Source: a virus
UHGV virus genome: UHGV-0073881
Strand: one strand, 5' to 3'
DNA: 64,000 nucleotides
Shown here piece after piece: positions 9,225-17,477 of the stretch. The position numbers were made by a program, and so were the translations under genes. The notes beneath the pieces were generated by a model that was not told where the DNA came from, did no database searches, and saw only the letters and a list, made by a program, of their open reading frames with translations. Each line of letters starts with the position of its first letter. The first letter of the stretch is position 1.

Positions 9225-9827
9225 TCAAGTGTGTTTTTTAGGCAGTAATGCACTTCTTTTATCCCTGACATTATCAAGAATACCAATAAAGGTATCTTTA
9301 GCACCTTTCCAAGGGCTGAAGTCTGGGATGTACTCTCGAATTCCTTCGATAACAACCTTCAAAGCATTGTTCTTCATCCACCAATCAGGACTTGAAGCAG
9401 ACATGACATAGAACTGTTTATCGTCTGTCAAAATAGGTTCTTCAGTCATCGGTGAGATGTAAGTTGTAACAACTGCACCACTATTCATGTAGTAAGTACG
9501 TTTTGTAACCTTACTCAATGTTTTGTGCAGGTCTGCAAACAGTGTCACAACATCTTTGTGGTCAATGTCTTTTTCAAGGTCGATACGATACTTCAATAGA
9601 GCCTCATCAACCTCTTTATCAGTAAACTTGAAGTACTGCACCTCATCAATAAGGCAAACAGACACGTTGTTTACGTTAAAGGTTTGTTTAACAACCTTTG
9701 CAGGTGACGTTATAGTTGGCTGAAAAGCTGCAATCAGACCTTCAATGTTTCCGTAGAAACTTACAAGCTGAACTTGAGGCTGTTGAATGTACTCATCAGG
9801 GGCATTTTTATTTTCTATTTCTGACAT
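9225..9827 (-). CDS. hypothetical protein (200 aa)
   Basis: ORF track; ATG start. Confidence 0.6.
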   Translation of the reverse strand: MSEIENKNAPDEYIQQPQVQLVSFYGNIEGLIAAFQPTITSPAKVVKQTFNVNNVSVCLIDEVQYFKFTDKEVDEALLKYRIDLEKDIDHKDVVTLFADLHKTLSKVTKRTYYMNSGAVVTTYISPMTEEPILTDDKQFYVMSASSPDWWMKNNALKVVIEGIREYIPDFSPWKGAKDTFIGILDNVRDKRSALLPKKHT

Positions 9828-9828
9828 G

Positions 9829-10173
9829 TTACAATTTCCTTACAAGATATTTCTTAAGTGGGGTGTTAGGCTTTTCGAAGACCTCCAGAGAATCTATCTT
9901 AATATGTTCACCTCTCATACCTGTGGCTTGATAGATGTAATATTCAAGCATACCAACCTGTTTAGCTGGTAAGTCATGTTTTACAAACACAACAACTTTA
10001 TCTCTGGATTTATAGATGATTGTACCATCTTTGAAACTTAGTTTCTTAGGTCTCTCATAATCACCTAGTTCACACATAATGAAGAGTTTTGACAGATAGT
10101 TGTCAATTTGTGAAGTCAAAGCTTCTGGGATATCTGCAAAACTCTTGTAAACGACCACATGCAACTTAATCAT
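9829..10173 (-). CDS. hypothetical protein
   Basis: ORF track 9829-10218; start moved to internal Met (MIKLHVV) to reduce overlap. Confidence 0.45.
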   Translation of the reverse strand: MIKLHVVVYKSFADIPEALTSQIDNYLSKLFIMCELGDYERPKKLSFKDGTIIYKSRDKVVVFVKHDLPAKQVGMLEYYIYQATGMRGEHIKIDSLEVFEKPNTPLKKYLVRKL

Positions 10174-10459
10174 CGCGGTATTCCCTGACGAAGAAGTAGT
10201 TAACCTTGTTGCCACCAACTAAAAGGTTAAAGCAGGTGTTTTCAAACTTGACGTTTGCTGCATCGTATGTGTTATACGGGTCTGCAACCTGCTCTGTTGA
10301 GACTTTCTTATTTTGGGGATTCAAGAGGCCACCATAAAGTTTCTTGATAGCCTCTGAAACAACTTCCCAAATCACCTCATCAGTAATTTCTTCGAACAGG
10401 TCAAATTCACGTTCAAGACGAAAGTCACAAATCGGGAATACAACCTGTATCTTACTCAT
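10166..10459 (-). CDS. hypothetical acidic protein (97 aa)
   Basis: ORF track. Confidence 0.5.
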   Translation of the reverse strand: MSKIQVVFPICDFRLEREFDLFEEITDEVIWEVVSEAIKKLYGGLLNPQNKKVSTEQVADPYNTYDAANVKFENTCFNLLVGGNKVNYFFVREYRDD

Positions 10460-10839
10460 TAGCGGATTACCTGAGATACCTGAATAGCTTCTGTTACAGA
10501 AATGTCACCGACCTTTTCTTCAGTGATAAAAGTGAAGGTAACAAGAGATTCTTCAACTTTTTCTTCTTCAAGTGGTACTCCGTTAAGCTCATCAAAGATT
10601 GCTTGTGTAGTCCAATCTTCCTGACCATCTGGGTAATGAATGGCATACAGTGGGAATCCTGTAGCATACCAACCAAATACTGGACAGCCATCTTCATCGT
10701 CACGGAATCTACGTAGAGTTGAACCTGAGCCTGTGAAACGAAGACTTAGATTACCATTGCATTGGAAAATTGTTGCCTCAGCAAGACCTGCGTTGTCATG
10801 AGCATATGTATCAACTTTTACATGAATCTCTTTATTCAT
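10459..10839 (-). CDS. hypothetical protein (about 126 aa)
   Basis: ORF track 10459-10938; start moved to internal ATG (MNKEIHV) next to upstream stop. Confidence 0.5.
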   Translation of the reverse strand: MNKEIHVKVDTYAHDNAGLAEATIFQCNGNLSLRFTGSGSTLRRFRDDEDGCPVFGWYATGFPLYAIHYPDGQEDWTTQAIFDELNGVPLEEEKVEESLVTFTFITEEKVGDISVTEAIQVSQVIR

Positions 10840-11230
10840 AATAACCTCTCTCAGCTTTCTCAATTTTATCCAGAAGTTTGATGCACTGGTTGTTGTGATA
10901 AGTTGCCTCACGGTTGTGCATTGCTTTCTGTCTCTCAAGTAGAGCTTTATAGTAACCTGCTAACTGCTCTCTTGTCAAGGGTTGCTCTGAAATAATATCT
11001 AAAGAACTTTCTCCAAGTGAGCAAAACATACCGTCATCGTTGACTTCATAGAGTTCATTTGTAAAGAAACCCTTGTTAGCCATCGTGATAGGTGAACGAT
11101 TGATAACCTCAATGATAAACTTGGTAACAACCTCCTCACCATAAGTGATTAGCTTGCTTCCATAGATACGTACCTTCATACCACTTCTCGTGTACTTGAA
11201 AGTCCCAACATCACTAGCCCAAATCTTCAT
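10832..11230 (-). CDS. hypothetical protein (132 aa)
   Basis: ORF track; RBS before ATG. Confidence 0.55.
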   Translation of the reverse strand: MKIWASDVGTFKYTRSGMKVRIYGSKLITYGEEVVTKFIIEVINRSPITMANKGFFTNELYEVNDDGMFCSLGESSLDIISEQPLTREQLAGYYKALLERQKAMHNREATYHNNQCIKLLDKIEKAERGYYE

Positions 11231-11281
11231 AACTTTTCTCCATAGAAATAAAAAAGGCTCCCGAAGGAGCCTCTGAATATA

Positions 11282-11746
11282 TTACTTTGGGTATACAGCG
11301 TCAAGATAAATTTTTGCTTCCATTCTACGTCTGTTTTTCAGACCCTTAGAAGGTACTTTCTTACCTTTGACTGTAATCTTGTTCCACCATTGCATAGCTT
11401 CTGCGCATCCAACTTTATCTCCAGCATTATGACGCTTGATAAATGTCGAGGCTTGCATAGCTGCAATACCAATGTTATAAGTCTCAATGACAAGAGCATC
11501 AAACTCATTCTGTGTAGTAGGAACTTTAATCGCTCTTGCTACAGCACCAATGTAGTTTTCAACATCTGCCAGAAGATACTGTTCAGCTTGTTCAGCAGTA
11601 ATCTTCATACCCATAGTTACTGGTTTTCCGTGGATACGGATTGTACCGTATCCAATTGTAGGAATTCCAGCAGAGTCTGGATATGCTTCTAGCTCAAGCC
11701 CTTCAAAGAACTTGATAGCATCAAGACCTTTCTGTGAGAGCCTCAT
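11282..11746 (-). CDS. endolysin, GH24 lysozyme family (T4 e / lambda R-like muramidase)
   Basis: N-terminal FEGLELEAYPDSAGIPTIGYG matches the GH24 lysozyme catalytic motif (Glu ... TIGYG); 154 aa. Confidence 0.85.
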   Translation of the reverse strand: MRLSQKGLDAIKFFEGLELEAYPDSAGIPTIGYGTIRIHGKPVTMGMKITAEQAEQYLLADVENYIGAVARAIKVPTTQNEFDALVIETYNIGIAAMQASTFIKRHNAGDKVGCAEAMQWWNKITVKGKKVPSKGLKNRRRMEAKIYLDAVYPK

Positions 11747-12381
11747 TATTCACCTCCAACTGCATTAACGACAACTGTTGCGGTATTTGAAGTAACACTT
11801 CCACCAGCACCAGTTACAACACATGTGTAAGCTCCTGCATCATCAGCAGTTGTTGCATTTTCTTTAGTATACGTTGCAGATGTAGCAGAAGGGATGTTCA
11901 CATTGTCTTTCTTCCACTGATAGCCAGTAGCATTTGAGGCAACAACCTGTAGAGTCAGAGTATCACCTTCATTAACCGTCTGGTCAGTTGGTTGTGTAGT
12001 AATTGTTGGAGGAACTACAGCATCTTTCAACTTAGCATTCAGCATCGAGAAAGGTTTAACTCTTGCAAGCCATTCATAGTAAATGGTGTCAACATCTTTA
12101 CCATTGATAATTGCATATTGCAAATCCATGAAGAAGTCAGCAGTCCTCATCTGTGAGCCAATTGCATATAGCAACTCTTCATTAAATGGAACGTCATAGT
12201 CTGGAACGTATGTGAAGTTTGTCACTTCAGCAATATCAGCTTCAGGCCAAGGTGAACTGTATGTGAGTGGCAATACAGCAGCTTGGTAAGTTCTGAAGTC
12301 ATATCTTTTACCAGCTTTAACATTCGCAATAAAACCTTTCACGAATTCTTTAAAGTCTGGATATGTTTTTGCTTTAATCAT
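11746..12381 (-). CDS. hypothetical protein with C-terminal Ig-like domain; paralog of the next gene
   Basis: C-terminus TITTQPTDQTVNEGDTLTLQV...YTCVVTGAGGSVTSNTATVVV is Ig/I-set-like; N-terminal 120 aa resembles 12378-12746. Confidence 0.6.
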   Translation of the reverse strand: MIKAKTYPDFKEFVKGFIANVKAGKRYDFRTYQAAVLPLTYSSPWPEADIAEVTNFTYVPDYDVPFNEELLYAIGSQMRTADFFMDLQYAIINGKDVDTIYYEWLARVKPFSMLNAKLKDAVVPPTITTQPTDQTVNEGDTLTLQVVASNATGYQWKKDNVNIPSATSATYTKENATTADDAGAYTCVVTGAGGSVTSNTATVVVNAVGGE

Positions 12382-12746
12382 TTATTAGCCTCTAATCTAG
12401 CATTTAATCTAAAATAACCTCTGTGGTGAGGGGAAACATCACCAACCACAATACCACCAATCTTATAACCTTTCCCCATGACGTATTGAATATCCATTAA
12501 GAAAGTCCCAAGACCAACAATGTGAAACATTGGGTAAAGTAATTCTTCAGAATCTGGTAAGTCAATTACAGGGGTATAATTAAAGGTGTTTAGAGTGGGG
12601 TTGATATCTTCTTCAGGCCATTGGCTATCACGCCATGTTAAGGGTGTTGGAAGTACATCATCAAGATTATACCTTTCACCTTTTTGAACACTTTGAACAT
12701 AAGATTGTAGGAAGCAGTAAAAGTCCTTTCCACTCTTTGCTTTCAT
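12378..12746 (-). CDS. hypothetical protein, tandem paralog of 11746-12381 N-terminal domain
   Basis: shared pattern MxKAKxxxDF...KGxRYxxxxxxxxPLTxxxSxWPExDI...FxYxPxxDxPxxEELLY. Confidence 0.55.
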   Translation of the reverse strand: MKAKSGKDFYCFLQSYVQSVQKGERYNLDDVLPTPLTWRDSQWPEEDINPTLNTFNYTPVIDLPDSEELLYPMFHIVGLGTFLMDIQYVMGKGYKIGGIVVGDVSPHHRGYFRLNARLEANK

Positions 12747-12789
12747 TATCTTTCCTTAACAAAGAAAAGGGGCTTTCGCCCCAAATCAC

Positions 12790-13380
12790 TTAAGCCATAG
12801 TCTTAAGCATGTTTTTAAGTTTTTTGAGATTCATAGCCTCATCTAACTTAAATCCAAATCCATTGACATACTCAATGAAATCAGATTTCTTACTCAGAGA
12901 GAGTGCATAACTCATATCAAAGTCATTACTAGGAGTTGACTCTGGAGAAGTGTTCACATCGAAAGAAATCTCAGTGGCTGTTGACTCTTCCTCTCTCATG
13001 TTATCAATTACAACACACGTATAGTTGGCTGGAGAGAAGTTTGTTGAACCTTCCACATAGATATACTTTTCGTTGTGAATAAGGTTTGAGAATACCTTGA
13101 AGAAAGTTTCAGAATCGTGGCAGACGAGTTTAAATTCACTCTTTCCACCAAGAGCCATAAGTGAATATGGGTTTTCACCATCAATGTTGTAAGCAGGGTT
13201 CATACACTGAACTGTCACACGCATGAGGTTGTTTGCAATAGTCTTCTGTTTAAAAGAATTAGGAACGTAGTGCATACCTCTTGCACACTGATTAACTAAT
13301 TCCTTTAGAAGGTCATCGGAGTATGGCGAAGTGATAGATACAGACCCATCACCATTATAATTAAAACTTACATTTAACAT
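12790..13380 (-). CDS. hypothetical protein (196 aa)
   Basis: ORF track; ATG start. Confidence 0.55.
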   Translation of the reverse strand: MLNVSFNYNGDGSVSITSPYSDDLLKELVNQCARGMHYVPNSFKQKTIANNLMRVTVQCMNPAYNIDGENPYSLMALGGKSEFKLVCHDSETFFKVFSNLIHNEKYIYVEGSTNFSPANYTCVVIDNMREEESTATEISFDVNTSPESTPSNDFDMSYALSLSKKSDFIEYVNGFGFKLDEAMNLKKLKNMLKTMA

Positions 13381-13607
13381 TTGTTAGTTCTCCTACGATT
13401 AATAATTTTGCTGCAATAGAGAAATGAAGCAAATTCACTGGAAGAAACCATTAAAACTTGTTCACTAGATTGAGCTACAGCCCTGAAGTAAATTGCTGTC
13501 AAAGCATCATAGTGTTTATTCTTTCCTACTGAAGTGAAATATCCATGACTCTTTGCAGTTTGATACAAATCTATAATATCTGTGATTTCTAATTGGGAGC
13601 TACACAT
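13374..13607 (-). CDS. hypothetical protein (77 aa)
   Basis: ORF track; ATG start. Confidence 0.4.
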   Translation of the reverse strand: MCSSQLEITDIIDLYQTAKSHGYFTSVGKNKHYDALTAIYFRAVAQSSEQVLMVSSSEFASFLYCSKIINRRRTNKC

Positions 13608-13999
13608 AATAAATCCTCTTGTCTTCTATAATTCTGGAAGTACAGGTACAAACCAATTTCAGAGGACGAATAGTGGATTGCTTCCACACGTTTTGATTCC
13701 TTACAGTGATTGGTATTATTACCTTTCTTCTTTTTGGTAGTTTTTCTCATTAAGTCTCCTTTGTAGAAAGGCAGACCTACAGCTTTAGTAAGATGGTACA
13801 GCAATCCATACAACAAGTCAAGAAAAATTACAATATCAAAATTTTACTTGACAAGCCTCTTGACAAGGTGTAAGTTAATAAAACACTTAGAAGATAACTT
13901 AAAAGACTCTTCTAAAAAGGCTATTTAAACAGATATCTTTCTGGATATCTATCTCTTATCTTAAAAGCCTTTTAAGAAGTCTTCATAGTAGGAGTCCCA

Positions 14000-14374
14000 A
14001 TGACCAAAAGAACAAACAAAGGCCAATTCAAAAAAGGCCAATCTGGTAACCCATCAGGGAGACCAAAAGGTTCCCGTAACAAGAGTTCTCTTGTAAAAGC
14101 CCAATTAACCATTGACAACTCAGCAGAGTTTGCTGCAAAGTTGTTTGAAGCAATCGTCACCAGAGACCCTGTAAAACTTGCAGAGTTTGGTCTTTCACCA
14201 AATGATGTTCAGTTAAAATCTATGATGGAGGCTGGTAAGGTCATCATGACCCACTCAGCAGGTGAGATGAAAGCTATTGCGGTTGATAACAAGAAGAACC
14301 CTGATAACATCGGTGGTAATACTCCACAGGAGAATAAACCAACGTTCTCTCCAGTGGCAGCGATTAAAAGATAA
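14000..14374 (+). CDS. hypothetical basic protein with GNPSGRPKGS motif (124 aa)
   Basis: ORF track; RBS TAGGAG 7 nt before ATG. Confidence 0.6.
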   Translation: MTKRTNKGQFKKGQSGNPSGRPKGSRNKSSLVKAQLTIDNSAEFAAKLFEAIVTRDPVKLAEFGLSPNDVQLKSMMEAGKVIMTHSAGEMKAIAVDNKKNPDNIGGNTPQENKPTFSPVAAIKR

Positions 14375-14454
14375 TTTAAAAAGGTGTTGACAGACTTTAT
14401 TGGTTACTTTAGAGTCTGTCACATCAAACAACAAATGAGAGAAGAGAGATAAAC

Positions 14455-15870
14455 ATGAGCGAATTATTTGACCACTCAAACCTTCATCAAGGTCGTACTG
14501 AAAATGGTGCTGTAAACCACACCTCTTCAATGTCAGCCTCGGTAGACTTCTACAAAGCTGCTGGCTCTAGCCGCAACTACGTAGAGAAACTTCCAAATCT
14601 TTTCTACAAAGCTTTACGGGAAGATATTGATGTTGCTGTACGAATCCTGCTTCATATGCGAGATGCACGAGAAGGTATGGGTGAGCGTAAAGCGTTCAGA
14701 ACTGTTTTGACTGAATCCATCAAAAGCAACATCCTAGACTCTTTCCAAGTTCTACGTATCATGGAAAAGATTTCTGAACTAGGCCGTTATGATGACTTTA
14801 AAATCTTCGTAGGTACTCGATACGAAACAGATGCTTTCAAACAACTTGAAGCAGCACTGTTAGACCCTAACACTGCACAGTTAGCTGCAAAGTGGTTGCC
14901 AAGGGTTAAGCGTCGTCATATGAACTTTGTAAACCGCTTCTGTAAGTTTGCAAAGCTAAGTCAGAAAGAGTACCGACTGTTACTGTCAGCCTTGTCTGAT
15001 ACGGTTGAGCAGAAGATTTCTGCAAATGCTTTTGGAGAGATTGATTACAGTAAAATCCCTTCACTGGCTGCTGCACGTTACCAGAAGCTTTTCGGTCGTA
15101 AAGATGGTGAGCGTTACAAAGCATACATTGAAGCTCTTACTAAAGGTGAGACCAAGATTAATGCTGGTGCAGTTTACCCATACGATGTGATTAAGTCAGT
15201 AAATTACGGAAACGCTACAGTTGCCAATGAACAATGGAAAGCTTTATCAAACTGGATGGCAGATGGTGAAAACATTCTCTGCATGACAGACGTATCAAGC
15301 TCTATGACTTGGGAAAGACACGGTGCAGTTACTGCTTTAGATATTGGTATGTCTCTTGCATTATACGTCGCAGAACGCAACACAGGTTGTTTTAAAGATG
15401 AGTTAATGGTTTACTCCAGCAGACCTCACTTTATTACACTGAGTGGAGATTTAGCACAACGTAAGCGTCAGGTAATGTCTCATGTTGAGTATGGTTCAAC
15501 TAACCTTCAAGCAGCATTTGACAGAATTCTTGAAATTGGTGTTAAAAATGGCTTGACACAAGAAGCTATGCCAAGTAAGCTTATTATCTTCTCTGATATG
15601 GAATTCAATCAGGTTGATGGTGCAAATGGTCTTACTAACTTTGAAGCAATTCAGAGTAAGTACAAAAAAGCTGGATATGAGATGCCACAACTGGTATTCT
15701 GGTACTTAGCTGACCGTAACGGTAATTGCGAAGTATCTGTAAAGGATAACGGAGTAGCAATGGTTTCAGGTTTCTCTCCAGCCACCTTAAAAGCTTTGCT
15801 TGGTGGTGAGAAGTTTGACCCTATCAGCGTAATGCTCAAAGCAGTAATGATTGAACGCTACGATTGGTAA
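14455..15870 (+). CDS. vWA-domain protein with Ro60/TROVE-like architecture (471 aa)
   Basis: C-terminal vWA with MIDAS motif DVSSSM, GSTN and IIFSDMEF segments; order and spacing resemble the Ro60 C-terminal half; N-terminal 270 aa helical domain unassigned. Confidence 0.7.
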   Translation: MSELFDHSNLHQGRTENGAVNHTSSMSASVDFYKAAGSSRNYVEKLPNLFYKALREDIDVAVRILLHMRDAREGMGERKAFRTVLTESIKSNILDSFQVLRIMEKISELGRYDDFKIFVGTRYETDAFKQLEAALLDPNTAQLAAKWLPRVKRRHMNFVNRFCKFAKLSQKEYRLLLSALSDTVEQKISANAFGEIDYSKIPSLAAARYQKLFGRKDGERYKAYIEALTKGETKINAGAVYPYDVIKSVNYGNATVANEQWKALSNWMADGENILCMTDVSSSMTWERHGAVTALDIGMSLALYVAERNTGCFKDELMVYSSRPHFITLSGDLAQRKRQVMSHVEYGSTNLQAAFDRILEIGVKNGLTQEAMPSKLIIFSDMEFNQVDGANGLTNFEAIQSKYKKAGYEMPQLVFWYLADRNGNCEVSVKDNGVAMVSGFSPATLKALLGGEKFDPISVMLKAVMIERYDW

Positions 15871-15888
15871 AAAGTTTTAAAAAGGGTA

Positions 15889-15917
15889 TTGACAAAGTGT
15901 TTAATACCCTTTAATAT
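15889..15917 (+). promoter_or_regulatory. sigma70-like promoter upstream of tRNA array (TTGACA-N17-TAATAT)
   Basis: -35 TTGACA 15889-15894, 17-nt spacer, -10 TAATAT 15912-15917; inside a hairpin AGGGTATT/AATACCCT. Confidence 0.5.
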
Positions 15918-15978
15918 GTTCTACATAGAAACGAAAAAGAAGTTTTCTGAAATAAATCAAATTATTTTAAAAAACCTC

Positions 15979-16008
15979 TTGACAAACACTAAAAAATAGT
16001 GTTATAGT
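15979..16008 (+). promoter_or_regulatory. sigma70-like promoter upstream of tRNA array (TTGACA-N17-TTATAG)
   Basis: -35 TTGACA 15979-15984, -10 TTATAGT at 16002-16008, about 28 nt before first tRNA. Confidence 0.5.
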
Positions 16009-16035
16009 TGTTACATAGGTTGTTAAAAAGATTAT

Positions 16036-16112
16036 CTCTGTTTAGCTCAGTTTGGTAGAGCGTTCCGTTTGGGGCGGTAAGGCCAGAGGTTCAAGTCCTC
16101 TAACAGAGACCA
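16036..16112 (+). tRNA. tRNA-Pro (anticodon TGG), isotype tentative
   Basis: acceptor CTCTGTT/AACAGAG, D-stem GCTC/GAGC, T-arm AGAGG-TTCAAGT-CCTCT, anticodon loop TTTGGGG, CCA encoded. Confidence 0.7.
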
Positions 16113-16119
16113 AATTAAT

Positions 16120-16194
16120 GTCGTAGAAGGCAAATGGTTAGCCACCTGACCTTCAATCAGTTGCTCGCGGGTTCGAATCCCGTCTACGACTCCA
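16120..16194 (+). tRNA. tRNA, anticodon TTC (Glu?), isotype uncertain
   Basis: acceptor GTCGTAG/CTACGAC, T-arm GCGGG-TTCGAAT-CCCGT, CCA encoded; anticodon loop CCTTCAA has C at position 33. Confidence 0.6.
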
Positions 16195-16200
16195 AATTTG

Positions 16201-16269
16201 ACAGAAGACCAAATACAGCAAACAACTTTTACTTTTCGCGCATAGAAAACATAAAAAGCTTGGTCTGGT
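16201..16269 (+). repeat. tRNA-array spacer module A (ACAGAAGACC ... ACAGCAA ... GGTCTGGT)
   Basis: conserved 5-prime ACAGAAGACC and 3-prime GGTCTGGT ends with AT-rich core; 4 copies in array. Confidence 0.6.
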
Positions 16270-16279
16270 CATTAAGAAT

Positions 16280-16356
16280 TGCGGGTATAGAGAAAGGGCG
16301 TCTCACATGTCTCATTAGCATGGTATCGGTAGGTTCGACTCCTGCACCCGCCTCCA
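16280..16356 (+). tRNA. tRNA-Met-like (anticodon CAT)
   Basis: acceptor TGCGGGT/ACCCGCC (1:72 mismatch), T-arm GTAGG-TTCGACT-CCTGC, loop CTCATTA, CCA encoded; weak D-stem. Confidence 0.6.
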
Positions 16357-16361
16357 AATTT

Positions 16362-16425
16362 ACAGAAGACCGTTTACAGCAATTCAAACAATTTTATCGG
16401 AAAATTAAAATGAATACGGTCTGGT
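16362..16425 (+). repeat. tRNA-array spacer module B
   Basis: ACAGAAGACCGTTTACAGCAA ... ACGGTCTGGT. Confidence 0.6.
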
Positions 16426-16437
16426 AATGTTAAACAT

Positions 16438-16514
16438 GGTTAGGAAGCACATAAGGCATGTGCGGTCGGCTGTTAACCGAATGGCACAGGGTTCGAATCC
16501 CTGACTAACCGCCA
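16438..16514 (+). tRNA. tRNA-Asn (anticodon GTT)
   Basis: acceptor GGTTAGG/ACTAACC, D-stem GCAC/GTGC, T-arm CAGGG-TTCGAAT-CCCTG, loop CTGTTAA, CCA encoded. Confidence 0.75.
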
Positions 16515-16524
16515 AAATTTAAAT

Positions 16525-16612
16525 GCGTCGTTATCCCGTAGATGGAAGCGGTGGTGACTGTAAATCACTTGTCATTACGACTCGGTAGGTTCGACTCCTT
16601 CACGGCGCACCA
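16525..16612 (+). tRNA. tRNA-Tyr (anticodon GTA), class II with long variable arm
   Basis: 88 nt; acceptor GCGTCGT/ACGGCGC, anticodon stem GGTGA/TCACT loop CTGTAAA, T-loop TTCGACT, CCA encoded. Confidence 0.7.
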
Positions 16613-16618
16613 AATAAA

Positions 16619-16696
16619 GGTTATGTAGTTTAATCTGGTTAAAATACCTCCCTGTCACGGAGGAAGATGTGGGTTCGAATCCCATCGTAACCGCCA
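16619..16696 (+). tRNA. tRNA-Asp (anticodon GTC)
   Basis: acceptor GGTTATG/CGTAACC, anticodon stem CCTCC/GGAGG loop CTGTCAC, T-arm GTGGG-TTCGAAT-CCCAT, CCA encoded. Confidence 0.75.
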
Positions 16697-16754
16697 ATTT
16701 TGAGAAGGGCTTTTTAGCCCCTCCCTTAAAGAGTTCTTGCGAGTATTCTTTAAA

Positions 16755-16835
16755 GGAGCAGAAGACCAAATTCAGCAAGCAACAAAAATATTTCAAGCCA
16801 ATTAATTTGAAAAATTTAAAACTTGGTCTGGTTCC
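16755..16835 (+). repeat. tRNA-array spacer module C
   Basis: GCAGAAGACCAAATTCAGCAA ... CTTGGTCTGGT. Confidence 0.55.
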
Positions 16836-16844
16836 AACAAATTT

Positions 16845-16969
16845 ACAGAAGACCGTTTACAGCAAGTTAAACAATCTAATTCTCTATGAAAGAAAGGGCG
16901 AAGGTTCGATTCCTTCACACGTTACGGCGTGTTGGTGTAATGGCAGCACTTAAGATGATACGGTCTGGT
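16845..16969 (+). repeat. tRNA-array spacer module D, carrying a tRNA-like T-arm and acceptor-like hairpin
   Basis: ACAGAAGACCGTTTACAGCAA ... GAAGG-TTCGATT-CCTTC (16900-16916), ACACG-TTACGG-CGTGT hairpin (16917-16932) ... ACGGTCTGGT; no full cloverleaf. Confidence 0.55.
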
Positions 16970-17118
16970 AATCCTCTTTGCAGTGACTTATGGAGCTAAT
17001 ATATCGTCCCATGAGTGCCGATGAATCTCTTGAGCATGATTCTAGATTAGCTTACTAAGAGATGACTCTACAAACCCTTTAGCAAGGTTTGCGTAGGTTA
17101 CTGCAAAGATGATTTAAT

Positions 17119-17194
17119 GGAAGTGTAGCAGAATGGTGATGCGGCAGACTTTTAATCTGACAGGCGATGGGTTCGAATCCCTCCACTTCTACCA
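17119..17194 (+). tRNA. tRNA-Lys (anticodon TTT)
   Basis: acceptor GGAAGTG/CACTTCT, anticodon loop CTTTTAA, T-loop TTCGAAT, CCA encoded. Confidence 0.7.
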
Positions 17195-17279
17195 AATTCG
17201 CCCTTAATTGAAGAATACCTACTTCGCGGCTGGAAACACCCACGAAAAATCAATTCTTCTCCAAAGGGCAACTTATTAC

Positions 17280-17356
17280 GGTTCAGTCGCAGATAAGGTA
17301 ATGCAAGGGTTTCATAAGCCCTATGAATGTGGGTTCGACTCCCATCTGAACCTCCA
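17280..17356 (+). tRNA. tRNA with anticodon CAT (Met or Ile2)
   Basis: acceptor GGTTCAG/CTGAACC, anticodon stem AGGGT/GCCCT loop TTCATAA, T-arm GTGGG-TTCGACT-CCCAT, CCA encoded. Confidence 0.75.
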
Positions 17357-17358
17357 AT

Positions 17359-17433
17359 TGTGGGTTAGCATAAATGGTAATGCAAACGGCTGATAACCGT
17401 TAGAAGAGGGTTCGATACCCTCACCTACAACCA
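17359..17433 (+). tRNA. tRNA-Ile (anticodon GAT)
   Basis: acceptor TGTGGGT/ACCTACA, D-stem GCA/TGC, anticodon stem AACGG/CCGTT loop CTGATAA, T-arm GAGGG-TTCGATA-CCCTC, CCA encoded. Confidence 0.75.
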
Positions 17434-17448
17434 ATTCCAATAAAGTTG

Positions 17449-17477
17449 TTGACATTAACATGTGACCACTTTATAGT
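17449..17477 (+). promoter_or_regulatory. strong sigma70-like promoter inside tRNA array (TTGACA-N17-TATAGT)
   Basis: -35 TTGACA 17449-17454, 17-nt spacer, -10 TATAGT 17472-17477; followed by about 320 nt with no ORF and no canonical tRNA. Confidence 0.55.

Noticed and set aside
13589-13816. 75-aa minus-strand ORF at the head of the leftward block
   Set aside because: Starts at TTG, overlaps 13374-13607 and has no clear RBS; kept out of the feature list.
16134-17393. ORF-track entries spanning tRNA genes (16134-16427, 16575-16796, 16669-16953, 17208-17393, 19323-19589, 21079-21291, 21214-21411)
   Set aside because: They read through cloverleaf tRNA genes and spacer repeats and start at non-ATG codons; far more likely artefacts than genes.
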